Shown: positions 34,501 to 48,936 of the stretch, in pieces
Position numbering within the stretch: position 1 is the first letter of the stretch
How the letters are laid out: every line of letters begins with the position of its first letter
Source of the DNA: Raillietiella orientalis
Lineage: Eukaryota
DNA: 64,000 bases
Assembly: GCA_036172245.1 (NCBI GenBank)
Contig: JAYWIR010000014.1
Span: forward strand, 1,550,001-1,614,000
Reading direction: 5' to 3'
The notes under the pieces: generated by a model
Seen by the model: the letters and a program-made list of their open reading frames with translations, nothing else
Databases searched by the model: none
What the model was told of the DNA's origin: nothing
Made by a program: the position numbers and the translations under genes

Positions 34501-37500
34501 ATTCCCTTTGAATCATCAGGCAGAGCAGAAGTGGTCGAAAAAAGAAAAAAAGGCACTTGCAAGGGATGCTGATTCAGTCGCGGCCCCTAGGTCACCAAGC
34601 CCGCCCGCGTTCCAGGAGCGCGGTGAGACCGCTCATATGAGGGTCATTCCGCTCTCGGTCGCTGCGCTCGTTTCAGCTCCTCCCCAAGATGGGGGAAGGG
34701 GGAGCTAAGACGAGACTTCGTGACGTCACGGTTTTGCTGCTGCCGTCCACGAGAGCTCGCACACTTCTTTCGTCCGGCAGGTCGCGCGCGCAAGAGTTGC
34801 CAACCAGTCACCCAGTCCATGGGGACGCGTTTCGATCAGCGACCCTCTTCCTCTCTTAGCCACCCTGCTTCTACCATGCCACTGGAGTGGTCAGACAATC
34901 GCTTCTTCCCGTGCCCTTATTGGGAAGCTGCGATCCTCAGGGACTTCCCAGACATGGAAAGTTCTCTCGCACTCTTCAATCCCCATCGCACTTCTCCATC
35001 CCTCTTCGTCCCCCTCCCTCCTCGACCAAAACATAAAACAAAGCATTCCTCAGGCATTTCTGATTCTCCAGTATGTTCCCTAAGGTATTGCTTTCCTTTT
35101 CCCTACTCTTCTTCCCCTCAAGCCGCGAACACCCAAGGAGCAAGCGTTCCTACACCTCGCACCTTCCAGCAACCGCAATAGCAGGAGGGACGGAGTTTCT
35201 TTCATTTTCTAGGGTCCCTCTCGTGCGTGGGTGGGATCATCCGCATACGCAAGAGAGCCCGCAGGCAGGACCGAGTGTTTCGGCGGTCCTGCCTCCGGGC
35301 ACGCGAGGAAGGGAAGTCTGCAGCCTCCAGGTCGGAGGTCGTGCTCCCAGCTCAGGATGACTCTCGCAGGGCTCGGCGTGCGACGAGTCCTACCCGATCT
35401 TGTCCGAGGAGGGATGGACGAGCGCTAGTGGACCACGCCTCGTTGAGCGCCTCCGAGCTCGCGTCTCCTCCTCCTCCTCCTCATCATCATCTCGACCTCA
35501 GAATTCTCGCTTGGACGCGGCATCATGGAAGAGTTCGCCCTATGAGCGGACTCCTCGGTCAGGCTCCGTTCGATGCTGGTCCTTGTCGCGGCGTTTTCGC
35601 AGCGGGAGACCCATGGCCATCTCCTACACCGAACGAGGCGGTAGGGATCGCGCGTCAGCACGTCCTGCTGCCCCGGGAAAAGCGCGAGCGAGGTGTTTAG
35701 CACACAGAAAACTCCCCCTTCCCCTCCCTCCCTCTACTTGGGCGCACACTGGTGTCGAGTGGGCGTTGCCTGCGACCGCGGCCCCTGGAAAAAGAAGCCA
35801 TCTCTCGGTCTGTCTCAGGGAGCAGCGGAAGCCATCACGTAGGCTCCGGAAATGAGATGAGGAGACTGCAGGAGTCAACCCAGGGCACGCTCGATCCATA
35901 TTGCGTCCGGGATGCGACGCATCTTTCTGGTCAATTTGCCCTGCGGCATCCTGAGAGGCTTCAATTCCTCAAGGGCGCGTCGCCACTGCAGGGCGTCAGC
36001 CCCTCGAGGCTTCCGCGAAACATCAGCCAGCTGGCGGTGGATGCGAGAATCTCTCTTGCCCCACCCTTCCCCGAACTCCGGAAGATCCTCCGCTTTCCTT
36101 GCGACGAGCGGCGGTCCAGGTTCTGGGCAGAAAAGCCGTAATGTGTCATGGGAACATTCGGGAACCACTCCAGTCCACTGTGGATCTTCCGTGGTCGGCT
36201 GGAAGCTAAGGCGGTGAATCGCGAGCACCTCCGGGTGCCCCGTCTTAGAGACGGTGAGGTCCCTCGAGGGAAAAAAAGGAGAAGGGGTCGTTTCGCACCA
36301 CTCCCTGCGGGGTCCTCAGTGAGCGCAGCCGCTCGAATCAACCCCCGTACCGACGACCTCGGAAGTTTCCCGCAGGATGCACGCGGAGCGCTCCTCCTCC
36401 GCCCCCTGCCGGAGACCCGAAGGGCTGTTGCGGGCGGAACTCTAGAATTCGCTTCCGCGCGAAACCCCTCGGTGCGGGATCGGAGGGCCGCAGGGCCGGA
36501 ACTCCGGACCCTCCCCGGCGGCAGTGCTGTGCAGCCGTATGCCAAGGCTGCATCTCTATCGGTGATCTTAAGGTGGGCGACGCGGCCAAGCGCGCAAAAG
36601 GGGAAGAAGGAAGAGAAGCTGCACACCGTTCTCCGGAAACCGCGCTCCCGAAACAAAACACCCAATCTCAAGGGGGGAAGGGAGACGGGGCGGGGAAGAA
36701 CGAAAAAGAAAAAACAAACCAAATGACGCAGCTTTGGCAGCTTGCAAAGGCAAGAAGGGAGAGCTGCAACAAAGATTTCGAGAGCGGAAGCTGGTTGCCG
36801 CGGCAACCGGCCTTCGTGAGCCCCATGCTTCCCTTTCCCTCTTGCGGCGCAGCTGTTGAGCCACGCCGGTTCTCTTCACCTGCCCCCGCTGCCTCTCAGC
36901 AGGGAGACGCCTCTGCAGCCACTATCGGGGAAGGAGTCCAGCCATCATTCCCCGTGAGACCGCCGTCTGCTGCCCGACGGCCTGCTCCTACAAAAGAGAA
37001 GCCAGGGCCGAAGAGCAGAGCTGTGGAGCACCTGATCGCAACTGAGCAGGGGAAGCAAGGAAACCCGAGAGGAAAAGCAGAAAGGCAAGAAAGAGGAGCA
37101 GAAGGAAATGTCCTTTCTCCTCGGCTGGGCGCCTCGGAACCGGGGAGCGAGCCACAGAGCACCTTGGAGGGAAGCATGCGACGGCGTCCGGGAACCGAAA
37201 CGACGAACCTCCCAATCATGGAGCAGCAGCTCTGCCTGATTGAGGGGCATCAGCGACCGGGAAACATGAAAGCTTTGCGCCCCAGATGAGAATGTGCATC
37301 CGTATTATTTATAATTAAACTAATGACTTTTCGTTGCCCGGAGACTAATGCATTCATGATCTTCAATAGAGCGTGAGAGCTGCCGCGTTACCGAGCAGCG
37401 AAGAGGTCCAAATTGGGACCGCAAATCAATCGGACCATCCATGCCGCTTTCTAATTTCTGGGGGGCACTTCGAGAAATCTCAGAGAACACGGAGGAACCC

Positions 37501-38487
37501 TGGGTGATTTCGGAAAGAACTCGGGGAGAATTTCTAACCGAAATGCTGGAATTTTTCAAGTAGGGGAGGACGAACGTCCCTCGGCTTCCAGGGGATCCAA
37601 GTTTGTGGACTAGAGCGAACGGGGAGTGGCAGCACAGGGTTTCGTGTCTCCATTCGCCAAAGGAACGTCGAATTCCTACTGCAGCGGGAACCAGCCTGCT
37701 TACCTCCTCTTTCCACGATGGAGTAGAGAAGGGGAAGGGGAGGAGGAATCCGACAAGAGTGGCGGTTGGCTAAAGGTACACCGACCACTCTTGCAGATAC
37801 GTGGTGCCAAGGAGCCTCCGAAATGCGGGAATAAAAATGGAAATCGGCGAGAATCGCCCCTGATACAGCGTGAAACACCGGTGAGAGCAGCGGAGAAACA
37901 CCTTCCGATGACTGGTTCCCGTTGCCCTTGATGAAGATCTTCCACTGCACCGGAGGATGAAGAGAGCGTAGAGAACGCTTGCTGAAAGAGCTCAGGAATG
38001 AGAACAGGGATCGAGGGGTCATTTTTTCCATCGTTTTTCGTTGCCACATCGCTCGAAAATCACGCGAGGCCGGCAAGAGGCAGTTGAATAGACATCGAGT
38101 GGTCGTTGGCAAGGAAAGGGCAGAGTGAGCGGGAGATGACCGTCCAGGGGGAGTTCTAAGCGAAAGGAGCAAAAGCCAAAATGGGATGAGAGAAGACGAT
38201 GAGGAGTGTGAGACGGAGCACAAAGTTCTGGAAAGCCTAACTCCGCTCCAGCATGCATGATCTGCATGCTTCTTCTTCTCTTCCCTCACCTTTTTGGTCT
38301 TAGGAGCGGTGCCAATGAACTGGAAAGCGATTGGTGATTAACGAAGAGATAGACGAGGATCACAAGGCCGTCGATACCAGCAAACAGGAAAGACCGCTTC
38401 CCAAATTCCACCACGTAAGGCGGCCGTTTTTTTTTTTTTCCAGCAAATTCATTAATTTGAGGGCACGCAAGACATCCTATCCCCTTC

Positions 38488-38488
<1 letters not shown>

Positions 38489-38522
<34 letters not shown>
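38489..38522. repeat. (TG)17 microsatellite
   Basis: Read directly. Confidence 0.97.
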
Positions 38523-38526
<4 letters not shown>

Positions 38527-41500
38527 TTTCTGCTCAAAACCTGTTCCTTCTCATGAACCCACTTTTTGTTTCCAGTTCGTGTTTATTTCGAGATTTCACC
38601 TTGGAGTTCAATGAGAGTTCTTCCATCGAAACGAAAGCGCAGTCAGAATGCAGAGAGAATAAACGCACAAAAAAAATTCAGACCATCTTCGAGATATCTA
38701 GAAATCTCGAGAAAGGAGCCTTCGAGACATGTGGTCTCGGAAACTGTGGAAAAGACGTTTGAAAAAGAGTACCGGCAACAGCGGATGCTAAGCAAACATG
38801 GAACTCGATGATTCCAGCCAATCGCCGGCGATCGCACGGAGGATATTATCGAGTCTTCCTCGAATGCACCCACTGATAAAAGACAACAGATAACGCAGGC
38901 AGACGCGGCCTGCGAAGAATACTTGCTAGCAGCGAAAATGCTGTTGGCATGGTGCTTGTTTGTTAATACGGGGAATGCCATGCTTGCATTTCGTGGTGAT
39001 GAACTCTGGATCGGAAATCTGAAACGAAACACAAAGCTGCGAATTCCAGCAACCTGCATCCGAACCGAAGACGCGGACTTGAGACCAAAGGCGAGAAGCA
39101 GATTTATCTTTTTCCTTTTGAAAAGAAAAAAGGAAAAAAGTAAAAACCCAGCTATTTGTCATAAATGGATGACGAGGAAAAAGAAAAAGTCGCAAAGGAG
39201 ACGCAATGGATGCCAGGAAAAGAAACGGCGTGGCCATTGCAAAAAAAAAAAAAACTGTTACATGTCCGTTTTCGAAACAGAAACAGAAAACCTGAAAACC
39301 AAAGCGCCAACCGCAGCAAAGAGTAATGGAGATCTGCTCCTTGAGATTCGCGCTCAGATGCACAGATTTCCTTCCTTCCTTCACACACGAAAGTTCTGGA
39401 TGGAATTTTTGTTAATAGGAAGAACTTCAAAAATGGAGATGCTGTTCATGAGGAACTAACTAACTTTGGAAACGTCCCTGAGAACAGCACGAAAGAAGCA
39501 AGCAGTAAATTCATTTACTTTGGACACAAGTAATCCAGTCGCCGAGTCTTCCAGGAAACAAAAGTATTTTTTCGCTCTGAATCTCGAAAACATACGAATG
39601 CACGAATGTAAAATGAAACCTGACAGGTCACGTAAACGTTTCTTGTCACGTGGAGAAATGACACCATCGCTAATCGCTTTGCCTCCCTAATATTAGCGAA
39701 TGGAAATTTGATTATGTTCCATTTATCAAATTAGCAGCGACAGAAGAGATCCGTGTTCCCAAACCAAAGTTCTGCTTGATGTGGGGATGAAATCTCGGGA
39801 CAGAGAAATCAGAAAACATGCATCAATGTATCTTTACGCGGAAAGTTGCCGAGCCTTCCTGGTTGTTAGCCAGGTTGGGTAAGAAAAGCACTGACACGAT
39901 CCTCGAAATGATCAAAGGTTGGAGAACGCGCGGACCCTGGTATGGCTGGAAAGAACGTTGAAGAACGCAGAGGTCTCAGAGGCTGCTGGTGCGGCTCCAG
40001 CCGACTTGATTGGTTTCCCCGCGACTTCTTCAAACAAGCTGCTCCTTGCTTTATTTACGATTTTCGAAGCGCAGGTCTCAGATTCTTCTGACGAACAGAC
40101 ACGAAATGCGTTCAAGATAAAACAAGCTTTGATGAGATCAGGAACTCTGCTGCCAAAAAGGACAGGCAAAGGGTGATTCAACTTGATGCCCGATTTCGCT
40201 CAAGAAACGAAAACAACGAAATCCAAAAAAAAAAAAAAGGGCCTTCATTATGGCTTTTGCGCGAAAATTTGTAATGGAAGGATGAAAAATTGGCAGAATT
40301 CAAATAATTTCCTCCCCCATCCCCCCCTCTCTCTCCTGAATCGAATGCTACAGAAAATGTGCATCTTGAAATTCGTTGTTGCACTGCAGGGCGTGACAAC
40401 TGATCCGCTAATCGGCAGCAGCTAATCGTTCCACACGATCAAGTGAATCTTGAGGATGGAACTTTGGCGACAGTTGAGAGGTTAGGCTGTTGCTGATTGC
40501 AGATAACAGAGGACTATTAAAACACTCACTAGGGGACTGCAACGGCACCGTTTCCGTGCATGACCATTCAATGATCCAGAAGCTCCAATGAGAAATGACT
40601 TAAACTCTGATGGCAGGCAATTCAGACAAACAAAGAGAAAACACAAGTAGGTGGGGTTTCGGAGCTCCAGATGACCACGAACTGATGACAAAGGTTACAC
40701 AGCTTGGAAACGAAGCGCGCGTTCTGCGGAGGAATCACTCACTGGTGGTGACTTCATCCAGCAACCACCTTGTCCGATTAGATGCCACCTTGCCACTAAT
40801 TCAAACGACTGAAAATTGAGCATTCAGAATCGCAGTGTGATCGCTGTTAGTAAAAACCGGACATATGGTCAATCCTCGACGGGGCACGAGGCTCCCAGGC
40901 AGGACTCGTTCCGTTGTCGTGGCACAGTAAACAGTGATGAAATATTTAAAGAACAGCAGCACTGTATCGACAAGACCTCCGAACACATGCCACACATTCT
41001 TTTGTGTGCAGGAGCTTCTGATTTACATAAATTATGTAAGCATCGTTTGCTGAAATCGTAGATTCGTATTTGGATCGCGCTCTAAAACTTGTCTCGAGCA
41101 GTCTCCGCGCGCGCTTTTCCGCAAAAGTTGCTCCGCGAGAGGCTGTCTGCCGGCAGAATCCATCCCAAGCAGAAGCTCTCTTCACGAACATCATCTCATA
41201 GGATCCCTTCCGAGGCAAAAAAAAAAAAAAGAGGAAAAGGAAGCAAGAAAAGGCGCGAGGCATTCATGACTGTCCGATCTTTGTGGAGAAAACGCGTAAT
41301 TGCCCGTAGCATTTATGATTTCAAACGCATCTGCGATAACGTAAGCATACGGATCGGCGCGGCCTCTCAAGGATAAACATCATGCACGTGAGAATTTTTA
41401 ACTCAAGACTAACCTTCTGATCTGTTCGATAATTCGATCTGATCTTTCTCTCTCTGGGCACTTCCAAAACTCTTGTGATCGGAAACGATTACCATCAACA

Positions 41501-42094
41501 AACAAAAATATCGATTCACAATGTACGACCCAATCAATGGCAATAAAAACGTCATATGTGTGAAGCAGAATGTAGCAAACACCCAGCGTGTACTGTACTA
41601 AGGTATTTGATATATTGAACTCTGTGAGTCTTGGAAGATGCAAGAACGTGTCTCGCATTTCTCGCAGGGTGATAAACCTCCACACTCTACAAGGCAACTT
41701 GGAAGTTTAAGAGAAAAAAAAAAAAAAAAAATGCAAATTCGAAGGAAACAAACACGCATAAGACGTGATACTCTAGGATGATGAAACCCCTGAAGTTATG
41801 CAAGCATAATGGACAATGGTGATGCTGAAACGTCCAATGATTCCAAGAAACATGTAATAATACATGGGCTGTTACGTAAATCCCTGATCCGAATTGCAAT
41901 GAAGTGAAAAATGGAAGGCGCGCACAAATTCACTTCCGATCAGCATCGCCAGAAAGACAACCAGATAATTTCACGCTTATAATGGAATCCTATCACCGGT
42001 GTCTTCCAAGCTGAGAAGATGCACAGCGGAACTTGCGAGCATCTGCAAACGCAAACGAATCACTAAGGGGTTCCAACCGCAACGGTAATAAGGC

Positions 42095-42165
42095 CAATAG
42101 CAGGATCAGCTCCCAGATCCAGAAGGATTGTGCAAGCGGAAGGTTTCCTCCAAGGCGTCCCGTTT
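42095..42165 (-). pseudogene. Possible frameshifted ankyrin-repeat relic (GGNLPLAQ/ILLDLGADPAI)
   Basis: Restoring one A in GCACAA[A]TCCTT gives GNLPLAQILLDLGADP, close to the ankyrin consensus G-x-x-x-x-x-x-L-L-x-x-GADP. No intact exon around it. Confidence 0.3.
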
Positions 42166-43133
42166 CAGAAAAACGGTACCGATGCCACTCTTGACGTGGC
42201 ATCAAAAATTCACTTTGGTATGGGTACTTTCACCTAGACGGAACCTTTTCTCAACTGCACCTCGGAGATTGATTCTCTGTTTCATCTGTTGGTGAGTCCC
42301 TTGCAGAAGAAAGGATATATTATATTACAGTTATTCATGACCAGTAAAACACGCAGTCAAACCTGAAGATCCTTTTATAGGCCTATTCTTTTTTGTATTG
42401 CCACAGGCACAATCTCTCTCTGTAAGGGACCAAGCCACTGAACCTCTGCCTCCTAGAGTTTACAGAACGACAGACATCACAGCGAGGCTGCTGACGAAAA
42501 GACTACGTTAGTTCAAGATTGGAAAATTGTTAAAGAAACGTTTTCTCAGCACATCTTTCTCCCCCTATCGGGTTTCTCTCTCTCTCCCTCTCTCCCCCAT
42601 CCCATTCTCATTGGCGAATAAGTGCACTTGTTTGTGTTTTTGAAAACTCGACGGAATGCCGTCAGAAGCACAGAACATGCACGAGTTGCAGTACTCTCAG
42701 AGGTCATGAGAAAATCCCAGCGAATATGACTGTGGCAAAGCGCGCTGCTTCCGCGAAGGCTACTGCTGCTCAAGATGAACGCAGCACATTTCGCGCTGCA
42801 GATGTCTTCCTGAGCATCCCACCGAACACGGCATCCTCAGCCAATCGAATTACAAAATATTCGGGCAGGAGACGACCAACGCAGCAGCGATGATGATCAC
42901 AGTGGGTTCTGTGCTCAATTCGCAGCGTGTCTGATGGAATGGACACCACATGCTTTTCCGGGAATGGTTCCCTCTTCGCGGATAAGTTGGAACTTAATTG
43001 TTTCTCGTGTTCCCTCTCGTGCTCTGATTAAAAATTACTTCCCCAGTAGCATGACTACTGATAAACGTAATGGCTGCATTAATTACCTAGCCGATAAGGA
43101 ATGCTGCCCTGTTTTCTAAAGAACACACAAAAA

Positions 43134-43213
43134 AACGACGAAACCACAGAAAATTCTTTGAATTCAATAAGCCGTGATTTTCCAACATGGATGCGAGTTT
43201 CCCCTTTATGCCC
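43134..43213 (-). mobile_element. Possible decayed non-LTR (LINE) reverse-transcriptase fragment (GIKGKLASMLENHGLLNSKNFLWFRR)
   Basis: Resembles the RT N-terminal segment RL-x-x-x-LE-x-x-x-LL-x-x-x-Q-x-GFR. Flanking RT motifs are not recognisable. Confidence 0.25.
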
Positions 43214-46200
43214 TCTGAAACAGAAGAATCAGATGCAGCCACTCCACAAACAATTATCCAACCATAAACACGGTGGTGGATTTCTCCAACGCCACATCCA
43301 ACTTGTGAAAGCAAACCTTGAAAAGCCTTACATTTTAAGAAAAGGAAAACTGTTGCAGGAGAATGATGGAGAAGATCCGGTCGGCTATTCACCAAATTTT
43401 TTATTGCTTTTCTGACCGAGGAACTGAATCAGAGAACAAAGTGTTCAAAAGTCCTTTGAAGGGAAAACTTGCGGAGAAAACTGGTCGAAAATCGAGGTGA
43501 CGTCTCGCAGCAAAAGTGACTGAAACCACTTTTTCGAAAAAGCACGCAATGAGACTGGAAGATGCTTCTTTTCAAGGGTGAATAGTTTGGGCAAGGACTG
43601 CAAATTCGAAAGTGGGGAGGGGGGAGGAGGGAGGCTCCCAAATACGAGTACGCCGTGCTCAGGTACACTTGTTTTCCAGCTCCGAATTCTTTCCATAATT
43701 GTTTTCACCGATTCCTTCGAATGCACTTGCGTAGGTGTCCAGAGCACTGCCATCCGTACAAACCTTCAGTTGAGATGTACTTCGGCTGTGCTCGAACTTG
43801 GCGCTGTGCAATTCTTTTCCTTTCTTCATTACTGGTTCATCCGCAACCCGACTTGCCTGCAAAGATGACTCGCGGAACCAACGTCTCTGCAATGGAAGCT
43901 CTTTAGGGTGTTTGCTTTCCTCCTATGGTGATTTTTTTTTTAAAAGAAAAAAAGAAAAAAAAAGAAAACGTAAATTCCGCGTCACTCAGATTTTTAAAGA
44001 ACGAAAGAATGAAGCAAACGGTCTGTTTCGATTTCAAGAATTTCGGTTTCACCTTCCATCAGGCGATTAGGCCCACGTTGAAATCACAATTTCAGTGCGG
44101 TGCTATAAACTCATAAGAGGGCTGCGAGCCCTGTGAGGTGCCGTGAAACGCAAGGCGAATTTTGAGCTGCGCTGCCACGTGCGATTTTTGAATGTGAAGC
44201 GCGAGTTTTTGTTTCCACGCACTGACCTACACTGCGTGAGCGCACGATGCTTCTTCCCAGGAGATGCAACAGACTCTGCAACGCCGAGCAGAAATTCGCA
44301 CTCTGACCGCAATAAAAGCCACCACCGGCGTACGCACTGCTTTCGCACACTCCAACCCTCTTAAACGTTTTTCCCACGCCCTTGGGCAAAAATTGAAAAG
44401 TAAAGTTGTTGGGCTGGTGGAAAGTCAGGAACGAGCACAACAAACATCCGATCAAAAGAGATGCTTCCTTCAGTTGGCGTTGTCAATCACGAACTCGGGG
44501 CTTCCCCCAAGGAACGCGATTCACTCTCCAGGACACTGAAACAAAACCATTTGGAGATCCAGTTCACTTCTTCTGTGTCTGTGGTTGCCAGCACAGGAAA
44601 TCCAACTTCTTTCACGAGATGATTTGAAGCTTGCACTGTGTTTCTGCTGAGGATATCCCGGTGGAACAGTTTAGATGAAAACAGTGGTACCATCAGCTGC
44701 TGGCACGTCAGAAAACGTCTTCACGCAAGCAGAGCCGAAGAAGAGAAAAAAACATTTGCTTTCATACATCCCCCGCATACAATTGAAAAAAATTCTCTGT
44801 GAAACGAAAACAACAAAACGCACCAGAAAAGATGGTGGAAAAACTAGCATATCACACAGCATAGTTGTTTCCTTTAAATCCAATCATCTGTCTACGAAAC
44901 CAGACTAAATACGAGATTACTCATACAAAAACATAACTCCGAAATCCTACTTTCTATGTCCTCATTGCAAAAAGCGTTGAAAAAAAAAAAAAAAAAACGC
45001 CATTCGGGAATTCCAAATTGCATGGTAAATATTTTAGACAAATTACGGAGAAGACGAAATGCCACCAGTCAAGGTAAAAAAAAAAAAAAAATACGCGAAC
45101 CTTCACCGGGGAGCGCAGCTCGAAGAGAAACAAGGATAACTGCTGGAAATGGGAATGTTTTCCCACAAAGCAAAGAACTGCCCTCCTCCCCTTTTGTGGA
45201 ACTACCCCTAAATATCGAAGGAAACGAAAACAGAAATGCCTCCGTAGGCAAAGTTGTTCGAATGCAGCTAACGATATGTCGAGCACCGTATTCAAGTTGA
45301 AGTCAATCTGAAGCAAAGGCGATTACAAGATACATATGCACGCGAAACGATTTGTACGCCCCGTACATGAAAGGAGTACAACAGCGTACAGTTGAAGCTA
45401 AGCGTTCTCTGCAGCTGACTGATGGCCCATCGCTGACGCACCCCTTCACTTGGGTGAAGATGCTGTGCTCTTCGTTAACCCGGTCGCTATATGACTCAGG
45501 AATGAAGAATGCTTTCGACGGTTTAGTAATTAAAAAAACAATTTGCATTCCCTTTTAATTACCTAATTGTCGTGAAAATCCTTCCCGCGAGATTCCTCAA
45601 CAAGATCCAGATTAATACATACATAAATAGGTTTGTATACGATTCGCAGACTTAGAATACAAGCTGGAGTTTTATCATCCATAATTTTGCTTCGTTCTCA
45701 GCTTTAAAAAGGCAAAATTCGAATAATTAACGGGGAGAGGCTCTACACTTATCACCTTGGGATATTTATGGGTGCTCTTTGCACTTTTCTAGAAGCGTTC
45801 TGTCAGAATCCGTCAGCTTCACCGTACAAAAACCTGAAAGGATACAGCTGAATTAGAAACTGAAATGAACTCTCGAAAGCTAACCACTAACTGCAGGTTA
45901 AGCTAATGTCGACTGGTCCTTTACGGATAGGATCAGAAATGATGCTGAAGCGGGCTTGAAACGGAAATCGGATGCAGCGAGAACAGGTTTCAGTTCAACG
46001 GAAAGCAAAATCACTGGGAACCGTTCCGTGCTGCAGCGAAAAGCTGCTTAGTTTCTGGAGAGATGGATGATGAACACAATCGAATGGACTTCTCGAAAGA
46101 CACGTAACAGAAACACAGGAACAATTCTGCATTCAATGCAACGGCAAAGACTTTTATTTGCTATCGAAGAGACACTGTGATGCATTGACACTGTGATGAC

Positions 46201-48886
46201 TTTGAATCCATCGAAAACGATCGTTTCCATCAGTTCGTCCCCAACTTCAACAAGCGAGTCAATTGCTGGGTTGGGTTGTTATCTTGAGCCCAAGTATCCT
46301 CAAGAGCACAAGAGCACTGCCACAACTAAAAATCGTGGTTCTTACAAGACTTCCCTTCTCACTCATTACTCGCCATGCGGACCACGACTCGACTCCAAAT
46401 CGACCAACCACAAAAAGAGTTTACTTTGAATCCCAGGCTGCTCAGAAAACAGAATAATGTCAAATATTGTTTGTCCGATCAAAATAAATTTGGTTCTTAA
46501 TTAGATACCCTGAGGACAAGACAGTAGGAAAGCAAACGAGAACCCAATCTGAGAATTCCAAATGGGATGACAAAAAGAAAAAGAGGGGAAGGGGGAGGAA
46601 TGCAAACTATAAAAGCATCATCATTAGCCGGCTGGCCCCCGCGACTCAGACATTGAGGACTTTCGAATATGACACCCCTCTCAGCAAACTATGAATCGAG
46701 AACACAACAAGATGAAACGATTCATTTGCAGGACCTGCAATGCCTGCTGGAATATTATTTCATTACCCTATGGCTTCAAACACTCACTGGTTTTATTATC
46801 TGCATACTTCCGGAATCATGAAGTGATACTGCAAATACAGGATGCATCCTACTTGTTGACGGCTTGAATCCGCAAGAATTTGATATCCATTATCATCAGA
46901 AGCGTATAAACAACTGGGCGCTGGGTAGGAAAAGTACTTGGAAAACATGAGGCTTCCTCAGCACCTACGAAGGGTAATACTGCAACTCCAAACCTCAACC
47001 TGGACACGGAAGTACGCTACACTCTTTGGATGAAGGCGCACTTGATGGAGCAGTTTGGCAAAAGAACGAAGGTGTCATCGCAGCCGCTGCTCTGGGGCTT
47101 GATGGGAGAAAATCACACACTGGGTAACGAGGTTCACCCACAGCAATGAAAATAAAGGTAACGGTGGCTATAAAATCATTCCCGCGCCCACCTCTTTCAC
47201 ATTGGTTGCAAATGAAGGAAAGAGACAGAAATTTTCCAAATTCCAAAACGACAAGCAGACGCAAGGGGAAGGACGAATCGGACAGGTACTAGGTTGGGGG
47301 ACAAGTAAGGAACACGGAAACGAAGATACGCAAGAAAAAGTGCCCTCCCAGTGGATTTTCGGGAACCTTCGCTTTTGATAGTCGTGCCTTCGTGTCGTAT
47401 CACAGAACACGAGCTTTTCTACACAGCGTATGCACGCACTTGAAACACGTGCCAGCCGCAAATGTGATGCACATTGCTTTAGCAGGCATCGAGCCCACGT
47501 TGTACGTATGTTCATTTCCTTTCGTAGAGATGTACACTCCATAAAGCTTCCTAAATTTCACACTTAAAGACGAAGAACTTCACGTCTCAGTTTTAACCAG
47601 AGGCCACGGGATCAAAGTTTGCAAATGATTGAGAATTCGACACGTTCGCGGTCTGCACCTTTTCCCCAAAGTTCTATCGGTGTTTTACAGGTGACTGATT
47701 CAGCAAGGACCTATGCTGTTCACTATGCTCTTCCTACTTGCGATGTCCAGGAAATCTATTAAACTATGGACGATTCGACGGGTTCCGCATTTGAGAGTAC
47801 ACGGGAGCGGACGAGTAGCTTTTTGCTACTGAAACTTGGAGAACACTCGTTTGTCGTGTAATTAAACGCAAAGTAAACTTGAACACTCACATGAGCACTA
47901 AGATTTTCTGCTGCTTTTTTTTTGGGGTGGGGGGGTGGAGGGAAGGGGGAAAGGCACCTCAAACGACAGAAAAGGCTTACAAACGAAGAAAGTGCTCAGT
48001 TTCGGCGACTCGTGTACTATCTGAAACTTGACATAGGGTGAACACTAGGAATGTATTGGAAGAAAATTGGTCCGATACGTTTTAACCATGGAACCGGGAA
48101 CTTTCAAGGACTTGCACGTGCACACAGTGACATGCACAGTCCAACGTTCTCCGAATGACTACACTACAAAACAGGTCTCTTTTACACCAATCACACGAAT
48201 TTTTATCTCAGCAGGCAAGTGAGCACACTGAAAAACACCGTTTTAAGAATCCCGGTAGATATTAAAATATTGCGGTTAAACGTTTAAAAGAAAAAAAATG
48301 TGACTGCCGTGTCCTGGACGTGCGGAATCACAAGATATCCTTCGCGATTCTAAGGCTCGAACTTGGACTGTCAACTGAAAAAAAGAAAAAGAATGAGGAT
48401 GCCTTTGGAAACGCTTGCGGACTCGTATGTATTTGATGAGAATCAAGACGATTTGTCTTTTCTTTTTTTTTTTTTATGAAGTTCGAATCAAGATTCAAGA
48501 TTCGAGTTCGATCCAAGATTAGGAAATGCCCTATTTTGTACCAACATAGGTTCAGAAGTCTTCGTACCACTTTCAGATATCACACAAATTACACGAGACT
48601 CGCATCAACTTCTAATCGAACTCTCTTAACATCGATGGAAGTTTTACGTCGACTCCTTGCAAGTTCTCCGATTGAAACGTCATCCCCCCGAACAGTTGAC
48701 GTTGGTACGCCACGAATGCTGTACTAAAGAAAACGATGCACAGAGTACCACTATAAAAGCACGTCACCGAACCAGTGGAAGCGAAAGAAGGCATAGCAAC
48801 TTTTCCTGAAACGTTTCTAATGCTGCACAACACACATTACCACCATTTTTTTGAGAATACTTTACTTTGTAGATGTCTAAACATTC

Positions 48887-48892
48887 TTTATT
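48887..48892 (-). promoter_or_regulatory. Candidate AATAAA polyadenylation signal of AFF/lilli
   Basis: TTTATT on the plus strand, ~290 nt downstream of the stop codon in AT-rich sequence. Confidence 0.5.
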
Positions 48893-48936
48893 ATTTTTTG
48901 AAGTTCCGAATAACAAAGAAAATTAAAATCCAAAAG

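Noticed and set aside
13..37289. Hundreds of overlapping 100-345 aa ORFs on both strands in the GC-rich block
   Set aside because: Rich in Arg/Pro/Ser/Gly/Ala, present in all six frames and without recognisable domains. This is expected from stop-codon scarcity at high GC.
41640..41686. Kelch-like peptide SVEVYHPARN on the minus strand
   Set aside because: Lacks the conserved Trp and the GG motif, and the frame closes soon after. Likely chance.
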